Program-made: the position numbers and the translations under genes
In this document: positions 48,219 through 59,785 of the stretch, one piece after another
Layout: each line of letters starts with the position of its first letter
How positions within the stretch are numbered: position 1 is the stretch's first letter
The notes under the pieces: model-generated
What the model was told of the DNA's origin: nothing
Database searches by the model: none
What the model saw: only the letters and a program-made list of their open reading frames with translations
From: Raillietiella orientalis
Lineage: Eukaryota
Length of the DNA: 64,000 bases
Direction: 5' to 3'
Assembly (NCBI GenBank): GCA_036172245.1
Contig: JAYWIR010000006.1
Location: 4,216,001-4,280,000, forward strand

Positions 48219-50681
48219 GTGGCATCCTCTCCCAGGAGTCTCTCGATGCAGCCTCGTGCCCCCCTTCCAGGATGGACTTTCACAGACGCTCCCGTCTTCC
48301 GCACCCGCAGCAGCAGCAGCGCCTCAGGCGGTGTCCCCGTCTACCAGACAAAGACCATCTTCGGGTTCCTGGATTTCACAACGACGGTGTCGGGAACGGT
48401 GATGGTCTTCACGCCCGGGGTGAGCGGTCCGGATGCTCCGCCACCGTCGCTGACCACGGCGGCGGCGCTACCCTCTACGAGCTCCGAGTCGGGTGGACGA
48501 CACTTGAAGGGACCCTCGCCTCGTCCAGAGAAGAAGAAGTCCCCAGCTCGCAGCGTTGGAGGGGATCTCCGTCCATCTTCGTCGTCACCGTCAGTCGTCG
48601 TGGATACCGCGGGGCCGCCCCTGCTGGCCATACGGCCCTCTCGGACTCTGCCACCGCTGCCGCGGAGGAGCGGCGGCGGCGACTGGAACGGGGGCAACCG
48701 AACGATTGCGAGGAGCAGCGGCCGCTTCGGATCTCCCGCAAAGAGGGAGTACTTGGACGAGGAGTACCCTCTGGGGCTGGTCACGAAGGTCGCGGGGACC
48801 TTGGTCAACGGCGACGTGACCACCGTTTACGAAACGAAGGTGTTGGGCACCTTGCTGGACGGACGCTACGCGCAGGTCCTGCACAGCTTCTCGCGCATCT
48901 TCAAAGGAGAAGCCAGCGCCACCAAACTGTCGGTGCTTACGGGCACCACCACGCGACTGGTGGCGCACCTGCGCTCCGCTCAGCCGCCGCCTCCTGCAGA
49001 GTCCAGCAGGATCAGGCACGGCCCCGCCCCTTCACCCACCAGGAGTCTCTCTGCCCGCCCTAAGCCCCTGAGCCCGTTCCAGCTGCGCCTCCAGCGCAGG
49101 TTCGGCGGCGCCAGCGACGCCGACGCCTTCTCTAACGAAGTTTCCGGTGCCGGAAAAAGGAAGACCGCGTTGCCGTTGCATCGCTACGAGGCCTCCAAGA
49201 GGGGGAGGCATGTAGCGGGGGGGGCGGCGGCGGCGCCCCATAAGGCCCTCCTCCTCGCCGCTGACGCCACCTCCTCCCCCCCGCCTCCCGCCGCAGCCAG
49301 GGACGCCCAGCCGGAGAACGAAGGTGGTGCCGCCGCTCCTAGCGTCGTCGTCGCCGCCGCCGCCGCCTCGTCTCCTTCGGGAGCACCCCGGGGGGAAGTT
49401 CGCCTGCCGGAGGGAAAAAGTGCGGCCTGGGAGGAAGACCTGGCGACCAGTCTGCTGTCCAGTCTCGGTGGCGCCCCTGCTGCCGCCGCCGCCGCCGATG
49501 GCTATCCCTGGACCTCGTCTCCTGAGGCCGCGGCGGCGGAGGTCGCGGCGGTGGGAACAGCAACCCCGCCGGCCGCGGCCTCAGCCGCCGCGATGACCAC
49601 GCTGCCCCCGGTCTTCCTAGACCCCAAGGAGGAGGAGGAAGATGGCGAGGATGCGCTCTCCCTGCTGACCGTGACCCGGACCTTCCGCACCTCGGAGCTG
49701 CACCTGCGAACCAGTGTCCTACCGGTCGTCAGGGGCGCGAGCACCTCCCGGCGAACTCTAGTGCAGTCCTTCCTGGTTTCCCACCTGGTGACGGCCACGC
49801 AGACCCTCCTTCCCGAGGCCCTAGGGGGTCCTCCCTCCTCCGGAGTCAGCGGAGAGGTCGTCCCCGGAAGCGGTAGCAATCGCAGCGCCAGCAGCGCACA
49901 CGGCGTCCACCTGGAAGGCTCGGAAAGCGAGACGCGCGAGGTGGCTCTGCAGGCAGAGGTGGCAGCCCGGGCCCAGGCCCCCTTCCTGGAGGGGGCGTTC
50001 GACTCCTCCGAGAACGCCATCTCTCTGCCCCACCCTGAGACCAACGAGCTGGACTACCGTGACCCTCGAGTGGGGGGGCTATCCTCGCCGTCTCCGCTGT
50101 GGGACGGGGGAGTCGCCCCGTCCTTCCTCTCGCCCTCCGCCCGGCCCCACGCCGCCGCCGCCGCCGTCGCCGCCTCCGGGTGGCCCTTCTTCCAGGTGGT
50201 AGTCGTCTCGGGGGGCCGGCCCGTCCTCGTATCCACCACGCTCCACGACTCCACGGCGACCCTGAGAGTGCTCGACGGCGTGACCTCCTACCTGACCACC
50301 GTCACCGACGCTCCCCGGGTGGTCACCGTCACCTCCTTCGTCGACGAGACCAAGACGATCCCGGCGCACCCCCCTCCTCCTCCGCCCTACTACCACCCGG
50401 GATACCCGCCGGCCGAAGGTCTCTACGGCCCGTTGGCTGCTGCCGCCGCCGGCGCCTTCACCGTCGTGTCCTCTGCCACACCCGTCGAGACGATGACCAG
50501 CAGCGAGGTCACCCGAGTCTACAAACTGCTTTTCGGCCATCGCACCGTGTACTCCACCGTCAGCAGCCTCACCACGTACACGACCACCCTGACCACCTAC
50601 CAGACCACCACGATCCCCGTGCGGCCTGCCGCCGCCGCCGCCGCCGGCTACCCCTACGGCCCGCTCCCCTTCGTGGGGTGA
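48219..50681 (+). CDS. DUF4758-type Thr/Ser/Ala/Pro-rich arthropod protein (mucin-like); probably a large terminal exon
   Basis: 820-codon ORF with motifs I recall from arthropod DUF4758 proteins: YQTKTIFGFLDFTTTVSGTVMVFTP, YPLGLVTKVAGTLVNGDVTTVYETKVLGTLLDGRYAQVL, RTSVLPV...TLVQSFLVSHLVTA, VYKLLFGHRTVYSTVSS. Strong third-position GC bias. First ATG is at 48246; candidate acceptor tctcccAG ends at 48235. Confidence 0.8.
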   Translation: MASSPRSLSMQPRAPLPGWTFTDAPVFRTRSSSSASGGVPVYQTKTIFGFLDFTTTVSGTVMVFTPGVSGPDAPPPSLTTAAALPSTSSESGGRHLKGPSPRPEKKKSPARSVGGDLRPSSSSPSVVVDTAGPPLLAIRPSRTLPPLPRRSGGGDWNGGNRTIARSSGRFGSPAKREYLDEEYPLGLVTKVAGTLVNGDVTTVYETKVLGTLLDGRYAQVLHSFSRIFKGEASATKLSVLTGTTTRLVAHLRSAQPPPPAESSRIRHGPAPSPTRSLSARPKPLSPFQLRLQRRFGGASDADAFSNEVSGAGKRKTALPLHRYEASKRGRHVAGGAAAAPHKALLLAADATSSPPPPAAARDAQPENEGGAAAPSVVVAAAAASSPSGAPRGEVRLPEGKSAAWEEDLATSLLSSLGGAPAAAAAADGYPWTSSPEAAAAEVAAVGTATPPAAASAAAMTTLPPVFLDPKEEEEDGEDALSLLTVTRTFRTSELHLRTSVLPVVRGASTSRRTLVQSFLVSHLVTATQTLLPEALGGPPSSGVSGEVVPGSGSNRSASSAHGVHLEGSESETREVALQAEVAARAQAPFLEGAFDSSENAISLPHPETNELDYRDPRVGGLSSPSPLWDGGVAPSFLSPSARPHAAAAAVAASGWPFFQVVVVSGGRPVLVSTTLHDSTATLRVLDGVTSYLTTVTDAPRVVTVTSFVDETKTIPAHPPPPPPYYHPGYPPAEGLYGPLAAAAAGAFTVVSSATPVETMTSSEVTRVYKLLFGHRTVYSTVSSLTTYTTTLTTYQTTTIPVRPAAAAAAGYPYGPLPFVG

Positions 50682-51734
50682 CAGTCCGGAAAGGCGGTGG
50701 TGGAGTCGGTCCTTGAACGCTGTTCCCCGTCCCATCCTCCCTCCCTCCGCTTACCTACCTCCCCCTCCCCACCTGTCCCGGGGACCACGCGGGGAACAAC
50801 AAAAAAAAAAAGAAAACAAAAATACACGGCAGTCATGGTCAGGAGGCGCCAACTCCGCGCCTGGGGAGTCCGCGCGCCCGAAGGATGGACCAGCACACCG
50901 CCCCGCCACGGAGGGTGGGGGAGGTAGGGGTGGGGGTGAGAAAGGCGGAGGTCATTCCCCCGCCGATCGGGGACAGCTGCTTGCCCTTCAGGACCTGCAG
51001 GTGGATGAGCCTTCTCGCGGGGGGAAGGCTCCCGGACAGCCCAAGATCGAAGGCATCCCCGTCTCCTATCCTCTACGCCGAGATCCCGTCACGCAGCAAT
51101 GGGGCAAAGGGGGAGGAGGGACCCCAGGGAAGCGGGAGGCATGCGAGCCACGCAGGTGCAGACGGCGTCTTGCCTTTCGGGCGGAGGCAGGGTACCTCCC
51201 CCTCCTTTCCTCGCCGGGGGAGGACTTTCCTGGAAGGGGGACGGACCTCTCAAAACTTCCAGTGCTGAAATTTTCCTTCCTGTTGTCCGTGGATCCCGGG
51301 TGACGTCGAGAGGGAGGCAGTTGATCCGGCCCGAGGTCTCGTGGCCCGAGGCGGAAGATCAGGAGGCCCCGTCGCGACAAGGTATCCAGATGACGTTCCG
51401 AGGGGACAGAACGACCGCTGACCAGTGGATAGGAAGGTGCCGGCCAGTCCACCTGACCGAAGTCCTTCTGGACTTTTCTCGGTCACGCAAGGACTCGCGC
51501 AACCGCGGGAAACAGGGAAGAACTTTTTCCTTAGCCCAGCACCACATGCGCGCACGGTGAGCTCTCCGGTATCTCGAGCTCTTCCTCCCGAACCTTCGAC
51601 CTCATTCCCCGGTGTCTCGGCTGCGGTTCGGCGGTGATCGGCCTCCGTCCGTTCGAGGGACCACCGCTTCCCTGGCTCCGCCAATGAGAGATGGAGACGC
51701 TTCGTAGCCACTTCCTCCTCCTGGCGTTCGCTCC

Positions 51735-51858
51735 CGTCTAGAAGAATGACGCGCGCCCTCCGGGATGGCGTGGGCAGCGTCAGAGAGCCTCTGTGACCCC
51801 CTACCCAGGAGAGCGACTCTTTCGCACCTGGCGAGCCCAAAGAGAGAGAAAAAAAAAA
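51735..51858 (+). mobile_element. 3' fragment of the SINE-like family with A-rich tail
   Basis: AGAAGAATGACGCGCGCCCTC...CTCTGTGACCCC...A-run is collinear with 52603-52707 and 38771-38888. Confidence 0.5.
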
Positions 51859-51959
51859 TTAAAGCTGGAGGGAAAACAGAGAAAGGGAAGAGATCAAAAG
51901 GATTCCTTCCATCCTAGGCCAACAGTAAGCGTCTCCCCGTGAGGTCGCTACTGACCTTT

Positions 51960-52707
51960 GTCCGTGTTACGGCCACTGTCCGCGGCTTCAAGAGTTGCGA
52001 GTTCGAATCTCGTCCGGGTAAGCGTCGACGCCGACAACGGGGGAGCACGTCGTGGATTTCGAGTCTCCCCGCTAGATGACTGGTTGGCTCTTCTTATTGC
52101 TAACCCGCTAGATGACTCTCATTGCTGAATGCGGCAGCACTGGCGGAAGCAGGCGGAAACTCCCAGACTGCCCCGTCTACTGGCTGGAATTGCAAGTTGA
52201 CTCTCCGGAGCCCTTCCGGAAGGTCAAGGAGAGTCGGTCCCTTTGGGATTCCCTTCCGGTTGTCAAGATGGAGCCCTCCATCGGTTACCATGAAGCTGGT
52301 CGGTAACCTCCTCGGGAGGTAGTCTCTCCAGAGCATAAGAAGCGCGCTGCTCCCTTCGGGGAACGCCCTTCAGGAAAAACGGGAAGTGTTCCTTCGGATT
52401 TCTCTTCAGGAGGAGGAAAGAAGAAGCGATTCCCTTGCGGGGGCTCCTCCGGGGAGAAGGGGGAAGAGGTGGTTCCCTTCGTAGACAACCATGGCGTGGG
52501 TTTCCCTCAGGGTTCCCCAGCAAACGTGGGAGAGGAATGGACTTCTTTCTCCATAGCCTTCCTGGGTTCATAGGGTGGTCCCTCCGTGGTCACCCCCTAA
52601 ATAGAAGAGTGACGCGCACCCTCGGGTCTCGTGAAAAACCTTTGTGACCCCTCCCCCTCCCGAGAAGGCGTGTGGGTCCTCAGCACTGTCTGGCAACCGA
52701 AAAAAAA
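51960..52707 (+). mobile_element. Near full-length tRNA-headed SINE-like element (~750 bp)
   Basis: T-arm/B-box GCGAGTTCGAATCTCGT at ~51997-52013; body shared with three other loci; A8 tail at 52700-52707. Confidence 0.7.
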
Positions 52708-54139
52708 GAGAGCCTTCCTTCTCGCACTGCCACTCCGCCTCTTCCCTCCGAGGTCGGCAGCAGGGGGAGCCGCTGTCTCAAGGGAGGACCGGGGTCTCCA
52801 GCTAAGCTGGCCAGCTTGCCGCCGCTCCGCAAGGAGCGCCTTCGACGCGCCTCCGCCCTGCGTTTCTCTGGCACCGATACTTCGCGGACCTTGACGACCG
52901 CGTCTCCGATGGCCTCCTTTTCCCTGCGCAGTGCGATTCCGAGGGACCGGACGGACCCTCCCCCCGACCAGAATCGAATGTCCCTGAAGCGCAGCCACCG
53001 GGGTCGCCGCCTTTCGTGGCCAGCGGTGCCTTCCGCCTTCCCTTCTCCTGTCTCCAGCTGGGACGCTGCTCGGCGACAGCTGCGTCCCGGCTCTCCCGCG
53101 TCCCTCTGTCTCGCGCCCTTCCCGTGCCGCCGGCTGGCGACTCCTGCCTAGTCCTCCGCTAGCCCTTCATCGTCTTCGTGCTTCCCTCGCGGCGGTCGAG
53201 TGCGCGTGCGCTCTGCTCTGATTGCCGCTGCCCGATCCACGGTATCCGCCACTCCGCCCCCGGAGTGCCCTCGCGGGCGCCCTCTTCCAGACAACCGGAG
53301 GTTCACCGCTCGGGAACGCTTCAGGACGCCGTCTTGCACAGATGGAGGACTCGAAAGATTGGATGGTGAGGCTGCTGGCCCTCCCGCGTCCAGGGAACCG
53401 GGATAGAGGAACTTCTGCCTCCACTCCGACTACCATCACCCCGTGACGCGTGGACACGCCTGGAGAGCGTGTCTGCAGTGCCGTATCTTCCGCAACCGCC
53501 TTCCCGACGGCATCTCCGAGACAATTCCGCATCCCACGCCTTCGCCCTCTCCTAGTGGTCTCCGTGGCAACCCTCCGCTTCTGTCAAAGGGACGGACCGC
53601 CCAGTCCGCACTTCCTGCTCTCGAGGTTGCATGGGGCAGGAGGCCCTTCCTCCTGCAGAGGGGAACTCTACTCTCGAGAAGGACGTCTCCCAGGAGACCA
53701 CCACGGTCCACGGCAGCAAGGGGTCGTCCAACTACCCCTCAGCGCCCGTGAGGGAGCACAGGGGTCAAAGATACGCCCTTCCTCCACGGCATCCGTCGGC
53801 CTCCTCTTCTTCCTGAGAGCATCGTCAGCTCCTCCTCTACGCAGCCTCCTGGGAACGAAGGTTCCTCCGTCTCTTTATCGGCCGCCGGGATGGAAGGCTC
53901 CCAGAATGGAAGGCTCCGTGCCCTCAGGAAGCCTCAGGGATACTCTGTGGAATTGTTTGCCAGTGTTCGCGAGCTACCATGAGACGAAAGCGTTCACCAG
54001 CATTAATGGAGTGTCGAGTTCCGAACATACGCGTTTGAGTGTCGAAAAAATTTTTTCCTCGTCAAAATGTGCCGAGTACTGAGTTTGGCGAGTCCCGAAA
54101 CCGTCGAGTACCGAGGTACCATTCTCTATTCAAAAATTG

Positions 54140-56200
54140 CAATGGGGGACGCGGGAAGGGGTGACAGTTCGCTGCCTGGCGTCCTCTGCACCCTCTCCAG
54201 GATGCCGGCAAGTTGCGTCCTAGTATGCTTGTCCAAGTATGGCCATCTCGTTACGGCCCTCATGAAGATTCTTGCCCAGTGGATGGCGTCCTTCCATTCT
54301 GGTCTTTTTTCGCAGCGTTCCAGGCCGCCATTATCCCGCCAAGACACTGCGAAGGACGTTACTGGCGGTGGTACAGAACCCACGAATAAACATTTAAAGA
54401 TGTCACTGAGGTTACCCACTAGGGAATCGAAGGTCTTGAAGCTGAATGTTCCCAGAGGTCAATACAATCCACAGGAAGGTGCAAGAGGGTTTCCCTTTCG
54501 CCTCACCCACCCGGCAAACCGGGTCTCCCCCAGGTTTTCCGGGTGCTTTGCAAGGAGTTCCCCAATGCAGCACTCGCGACCATTGCCACTTTAAGGGGAG
54601 GACAGAGCTGTCTAGCTGTAAGCTGCAGAGCTCTTGAAGCTGCGCCCTCCAGCAGCTGCACCCGGCGCAGCAGTCTCTGGGTGGGGCGCTGGGAATCTCA
54701 GAGTCAGCGAGCACTCGTGTCCTCCTTTCAGCGAGGGGTCTTCCTGCTCTTCCCTCGACACTGCAGGGTACGCCCCACATTGCTGGTGTATCAACACCAA
54801 GGGAATGCCTTAAGGAGACAGCCCCGCGGAAAAGCGGGTTCCTCGAAGTCCTGCGCGGTCTTCCCCGCACATCCCAGGATCTCCTCTGACATGCAGCGAA
54901 CATTTCTGGGATGTCGCTGACTGCACTATGTCTCCGTGCTCTCCAGCTCCCTCGCCCCCACGTAGGGAACTGCTTCCCAGAACCAGGCACCACAGGAGGC
55001 CTGGTTCTGGGATAGATAACAGACTTTGCCTTCATTCGCACCACAGGAGGCAGGAGATCCGAGCATTTTCCTTCTCCAAGACAACCGTCTCCCGTAGCTG
55101 ACAGTCACGATGTCGGTCTCCGGTAACTGGCTGCTCTCTTGGAGCAGGCGCGTACCGATGTGACGTCCAATCCTTGCCACCAGGACAATTCTTCGCAGCT
55201 GGAGCTGAAGCTTCATCCATCCTCTTTGTAGTCAGAAGGCCAAGTCCGTGATCCCGACGTGGGATCAGCAGACCTTTCAAGCGAATGAAGGACCTCCCCG
55301 TGCCTTATGGGGTGGCATTTCTCGTGAGGTCCGTTGTCCGCTTCTTCACTTCTCTTGGGGGTGGGGGCGAGCAAAGGGCAGAGGACGGAGGAGGGGGGTT
55401 GCGAGCGAGTCCCGCGCGCGGCGACCCCTGCCGACAAATGAGCTTGGGGTCGAGCGCCACCTCTACTTTTTGAAGGCGATCTGGCTAGGCTTCTGCAACA
55501 CAGAAGTTCCCCAACGAAACGCCAAGGTACTTCAAGTACCCTCTTGTGAGGACTCCGAGCGGATCTAGTCAGACCCATGCCGCACCAACTGCCACCACTG
55601 ACAATTTTGCCCTGTTTACCCCCAGGCCCGTTCCGCAGCTTAACAGTTCGAAGAAGTCCTCGAGTGCTGACACCGGGGTGGACATGGGGAGCAGCACCAG
55701 TAGATCGTCGGCATATGCCTCCACGGCAAGCGTACCGGGATACGAGCTCAGCAGAGCTGTCAGAGCCTCCCTGCACGCCCGCGGCATCAACTCGGAGTAG
55801 GTGCTAACGAGCGGGGGGCTCAGGTTGTCTCCCTGTCTCATCTCGCGTCTCACCGGCACACTGTGCAAGCTCTGTTCGCTGAAAAAGAAGTTGATTAGTG
55901 CGTCGCGCCAGCAGGAGCTCAGGTAGGCCGTTCGTGCGTCCGGGAGAACCGTGCGTTCCGGGAGCACAGTTAGGCTGCTCCTGATCGATGCAGTCGAATG
56001 CCTTCCGGGGGTCGACTGCAGCAGAGCTGCGGGGCCCACCGCGCGGTTTGTCGTCCTGCCACGGTATGGTCTACCGAACTGTTTATGGAAATGGCGACAC
56101 TCTGGAAAGCCCTTAATTTGTGCAACCCATTGGATTCTTCAGATGTGGTTTTCACTGTGGAGGTGGTCAAGTTACTGCTGTGCATCTCGGGGGTAGTCAC
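54140..56200 (-). mobile_element. Longest L1/Tx1-like relic, including the reverse transcriptase core
   Basis: RT motifs in order: LRAFQSV (~56100), MRQGDNLSP (~55841-55815), AYADDL (YADD 55715-55704), GLGVNRAK. Then LIPRRDHGLGLL, LPLKWQ..LHWGTPC, WPYLD. Stops and frameshifts; no endonuclease seen. Confidence 0.9.
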
Positions 56201-59200
56201 GCTTCGTTTTCCTCTCACTTTTGAAAGCGAAAGCCAAGGTCGCAATTCTTGTTCCTGTTATCCATCTTTGTTTACCATTCACTTGTGCTCGCGGTAGCGA
56301 TCTTCGGATATCGAAGATCGATGATATGTGAATATGATTTCATCCTCCGTTTTTCGTGTTTCTTGCTTTTTATTATCCGAACCAGAAATGACAAAAAAAA
56401 AAAAAAAGACTCCGGAGATCCTGAGAAATGCGGCTGTGATCTTCAGGTCAGCAAATAAAAACGTTGAGTTTAGGGTAAAACCGATCGTCATTTGGCCTGA
56501 GGGCCTCGTGTTTGTGATGTTGGCGACTTCGCCTTCCTGTTTTGATGCATCTTCTTTCTCCTTTTCCGGAGACCTGCCGACGTCTCGATGTGTGTGGTTC
56601 TTCCTCTGCACGCTGGCCTTTTCTTCAGCTCTCTCACTCGTGCTGGGTAAGGGGGGGGGGGGGGGTTGGAACTTTGTTCTTGGGCTTCTTGTTGCAGCCT
56701 GAAACCTGTTGAACAGTCCCTAATCCCCAAAAGGCGCTGCCGATGTCGTTTGCCTGCTCAACGTGAGAGACACAGAAAGGACAATATCCATCTAAGATTC
56801 GCAGCAGATTCCTCTCCTCAGCGTGTTCCCACTTTTCTCTGACTTTGACCCACTCTTACGATTCCTGTGTTGCACTTCTATAGGGAATAACCCCAGAGAG
56901 TTCATCACCCTGGGGATCGAATTGGAGTGGAACCCGGGAGGAATCCAGAGAATTCGGCAATGACCTGCCGATCTGCGCGACGCCCTTTGGATAAGAAATG
57001 AAAATCCTCTTCCACGCATAGATGTCTTCGGCGGATGGTTTCCACAAGTGTTCAGGTCTTAGAACCGAACGTGTGCAACTCTTTCATGTGCACGAGGGCT
57101 CCTCTTCCTCTGCGCTGTGGAGAAGGAAGCAGGAAGCGAAGACGGAAGACTCCCGAGCAGGCTGCCAGTTACTGCTTGCGTATTTCGGCATCCTTCGAAT
57201 TTGGTAGAAGGAATGCAGCACTTTGGGTGCTTCGGGAATATTGGTGGGTGCAGGCGGGCAGACGAAGCTCCGAACCTGAGAGGGATGGAGCGCCTCTTCC
57301 GGGCTTCCAAGTGACATCCACTTTGAATCAGCAATGCCGCCAGCTCTTTGCCTCGTATGCCTCGAGAGCCCGAAAACGAAGCGATAATTCATTCCGTGCC
57401 AGTTGGTGCGTCCAGAGAAATGCTGTCAGACCCCAGCGCTTTGGTGCCGAAGAGGAACACACAAAAAAAAAAGCGGGATCACGATTCTAACAACGCGAGA
57501 AGACAGTTTTCTGTTCGATTTGAGATGAACTTCCTGAAGACAGGTGCTGGATTAACGAACCAAACTTCGGAGTTTCGTACGGTTTTTTTCTTTTCCACCA
57601 GCATCTCTTATCACATGTGAAGCTGAGGTTCTCTTCTCCCTCCCTGGCATTTCAAGCCTTCCACAGCTTATGGATCAGCTGAGTGAACAAGCAGTAGTCT
57701 GCTTTCCTATTCATTATACATTAGTTCTTCGAACAAAATCACCAACTCTACGTTCTCTGTTGCCTGCGTTAGAACTGTACAAATGTAAACGATCGAAGGT
57801 GCATTCGTCAATACATTTGTTTTCCTTGAAAATTCTTTGTCATTTATTTAGTCTTTTGCATGAATTTTTCTTCCCCGATGAAGTTCGTAAGAAAATGTTC
57901 GTTTTCTAGTGCCATTTGTATTCCATTGAGATGGACAGTGCTTCATGGTGAATTTGAATAAAGGTAAAGAAGTCGCCTCACCATTTCTTGGTCTTGGTCT
58001 TAATACGAACACGAGCGAATGTGGCCAATGCAGTAAAGAAAACTCATAAGATCTATCAGTTTAAATCCTTCACAGACCTGTTCTTGCTGCTCAGACTCCT
58101 TGATGCACTGATTTTAAATAAGAAAGCATATTCTGTAAATCATTCACTAGATATGGTTAAAAAAAATGTTACCACCTCCATAGCCAGCATAGAGATAACA
58201 AAAATGGACTTTGCTTGTTCGACTTTGCTGTACAGTAATTCTCGTGATTTCATTTGATCAGTGCCCCTTATAATACAATTCTTTGAGTACAAATTAATAT
58301 TTGAGTACATATTTTAACTCAAGATTCAGTCGAACTTATATTTTAATTCACGATTTGACTTCCACAATTGAGGAGGCTTAAAAGGTTCATTTGAATCCCA
58401 AGCAAATTGTGATATTGCGAAATATTTTAAATTATTAATTTGAATTATTTTAAATTAATATCGATCAACGTTTATTTAAATATATCGGCATCGTAATGTG
58501 TTTCGTAGAGATCATGCTAAAATTACTGAATTCTGAAAGTCTTTTGAGTCTACAAATTAAGAATTATTAAGAGGAAATCGAACTTCTAGTGACTTTAAAA
58601 TAAATGAGAGTTTTTTCACTGAAAGCACATTATTTATTAAATTCTCTCTTCAAAACTAGATAAATAAATAATAACTGTTGGTTTTCATTTGCGTGTTTTC
58701 ATGTGGAATGTTTGAAGAATCTAAACAAACATTGAGATTAGGCGCTTTACTTCAACAGGAAGTATAGAGACTCATGTTTGCAGATTAAGAGAATGGATTT
58801 ATAAGACATTTGTATGGTGAAAATACATTAGAAAACTTTCATACATGCTAACGGGCATATTTCCAGCACATATTTAGAAGATATAATTGATCTCTCCATA
58901 GAGAATCCCGGCACGCATCCACTGCTTATTAATGACCCTTGATCAATTTTTATTTTTACGATTATGTATTTATTCGATTTCTATTTTCTTGGATCACATG
59001 TTTTTTTCAAGACACAAATTACAAAACAGCTCGGGAGAGCACTATATTTTGAAGAGCAAAGTATTAGGTTTGCTATTATTACTAATATCAGTGTATTGAC
59101 TCTGGTAAGTGTGTAAGTTTATTGATGAACATCTGATTGATACGGAAGGATTTCTGATAATAGTAACTTGTACTGATACGTCTCGTGTTCACGTTTGGTA

Positions 59201-59785
59201 TGTGTTTGTATTGGAATGCAGGTGTTGGAATTGTCCATGTATTCGCACTCTTTAAGAGTTTGTATGTTTTCTGCCCTGCCTACGTCTATGAAATAAGATG
59301 TAGATACGGGTTTTTGCGTATCGGGGAATGCATCCAGGATCATTAACAGCGATAGGAATGATTGCATTATTTCGCATTGGGAAACGCAAATATCTTGCAG
59401 ATGCATTTCGTGTTAAGTGTTTATGTATTTTCCGTTTGTTCTGCAAGCACAAAACATAAAAAGTTCAGATTGGTCTTCCTTGTGTTTTCTTTTATGTATT
59501 TGCAGGTGAAACCAGATCGTGTCTTCCATCCCAAAGTATCGCAGTACTCAGTTCTATATTCTGTCATTCTATGTCACATAATCCGGTGTTAATTTGACAA
59601 GTTTGAATTCACATAGAAATTTGTACGTTTACCTTAAAATGTGTATATGCTGTATCCTTCAATTTATGCATTTGAACTTGACTGATACAACTGTGAAGCA
59701 TTCAAATCCATGTCTCAAATTTGTGAATACTATGTTGCAAATTTATATTTTCAGAAAACTTCATGATTTAATCTAATGCTTTGGT

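Noticed and set aside
2000..57000. Bacterial or viral insertion explaining the high GC
   Set aside because: No gene-dense operon structure; it contains microsatellites, LINE/SINE relics, U6 and an arthropod-type gene.
57670..59600. Additional protein-coding gene in the AT-rich block (e.g. ORFs 59119-59406, 57988-58257)
   Set aside because: I could not assemble a spliced frame or recognise any domain; unresolved rather than excluded.
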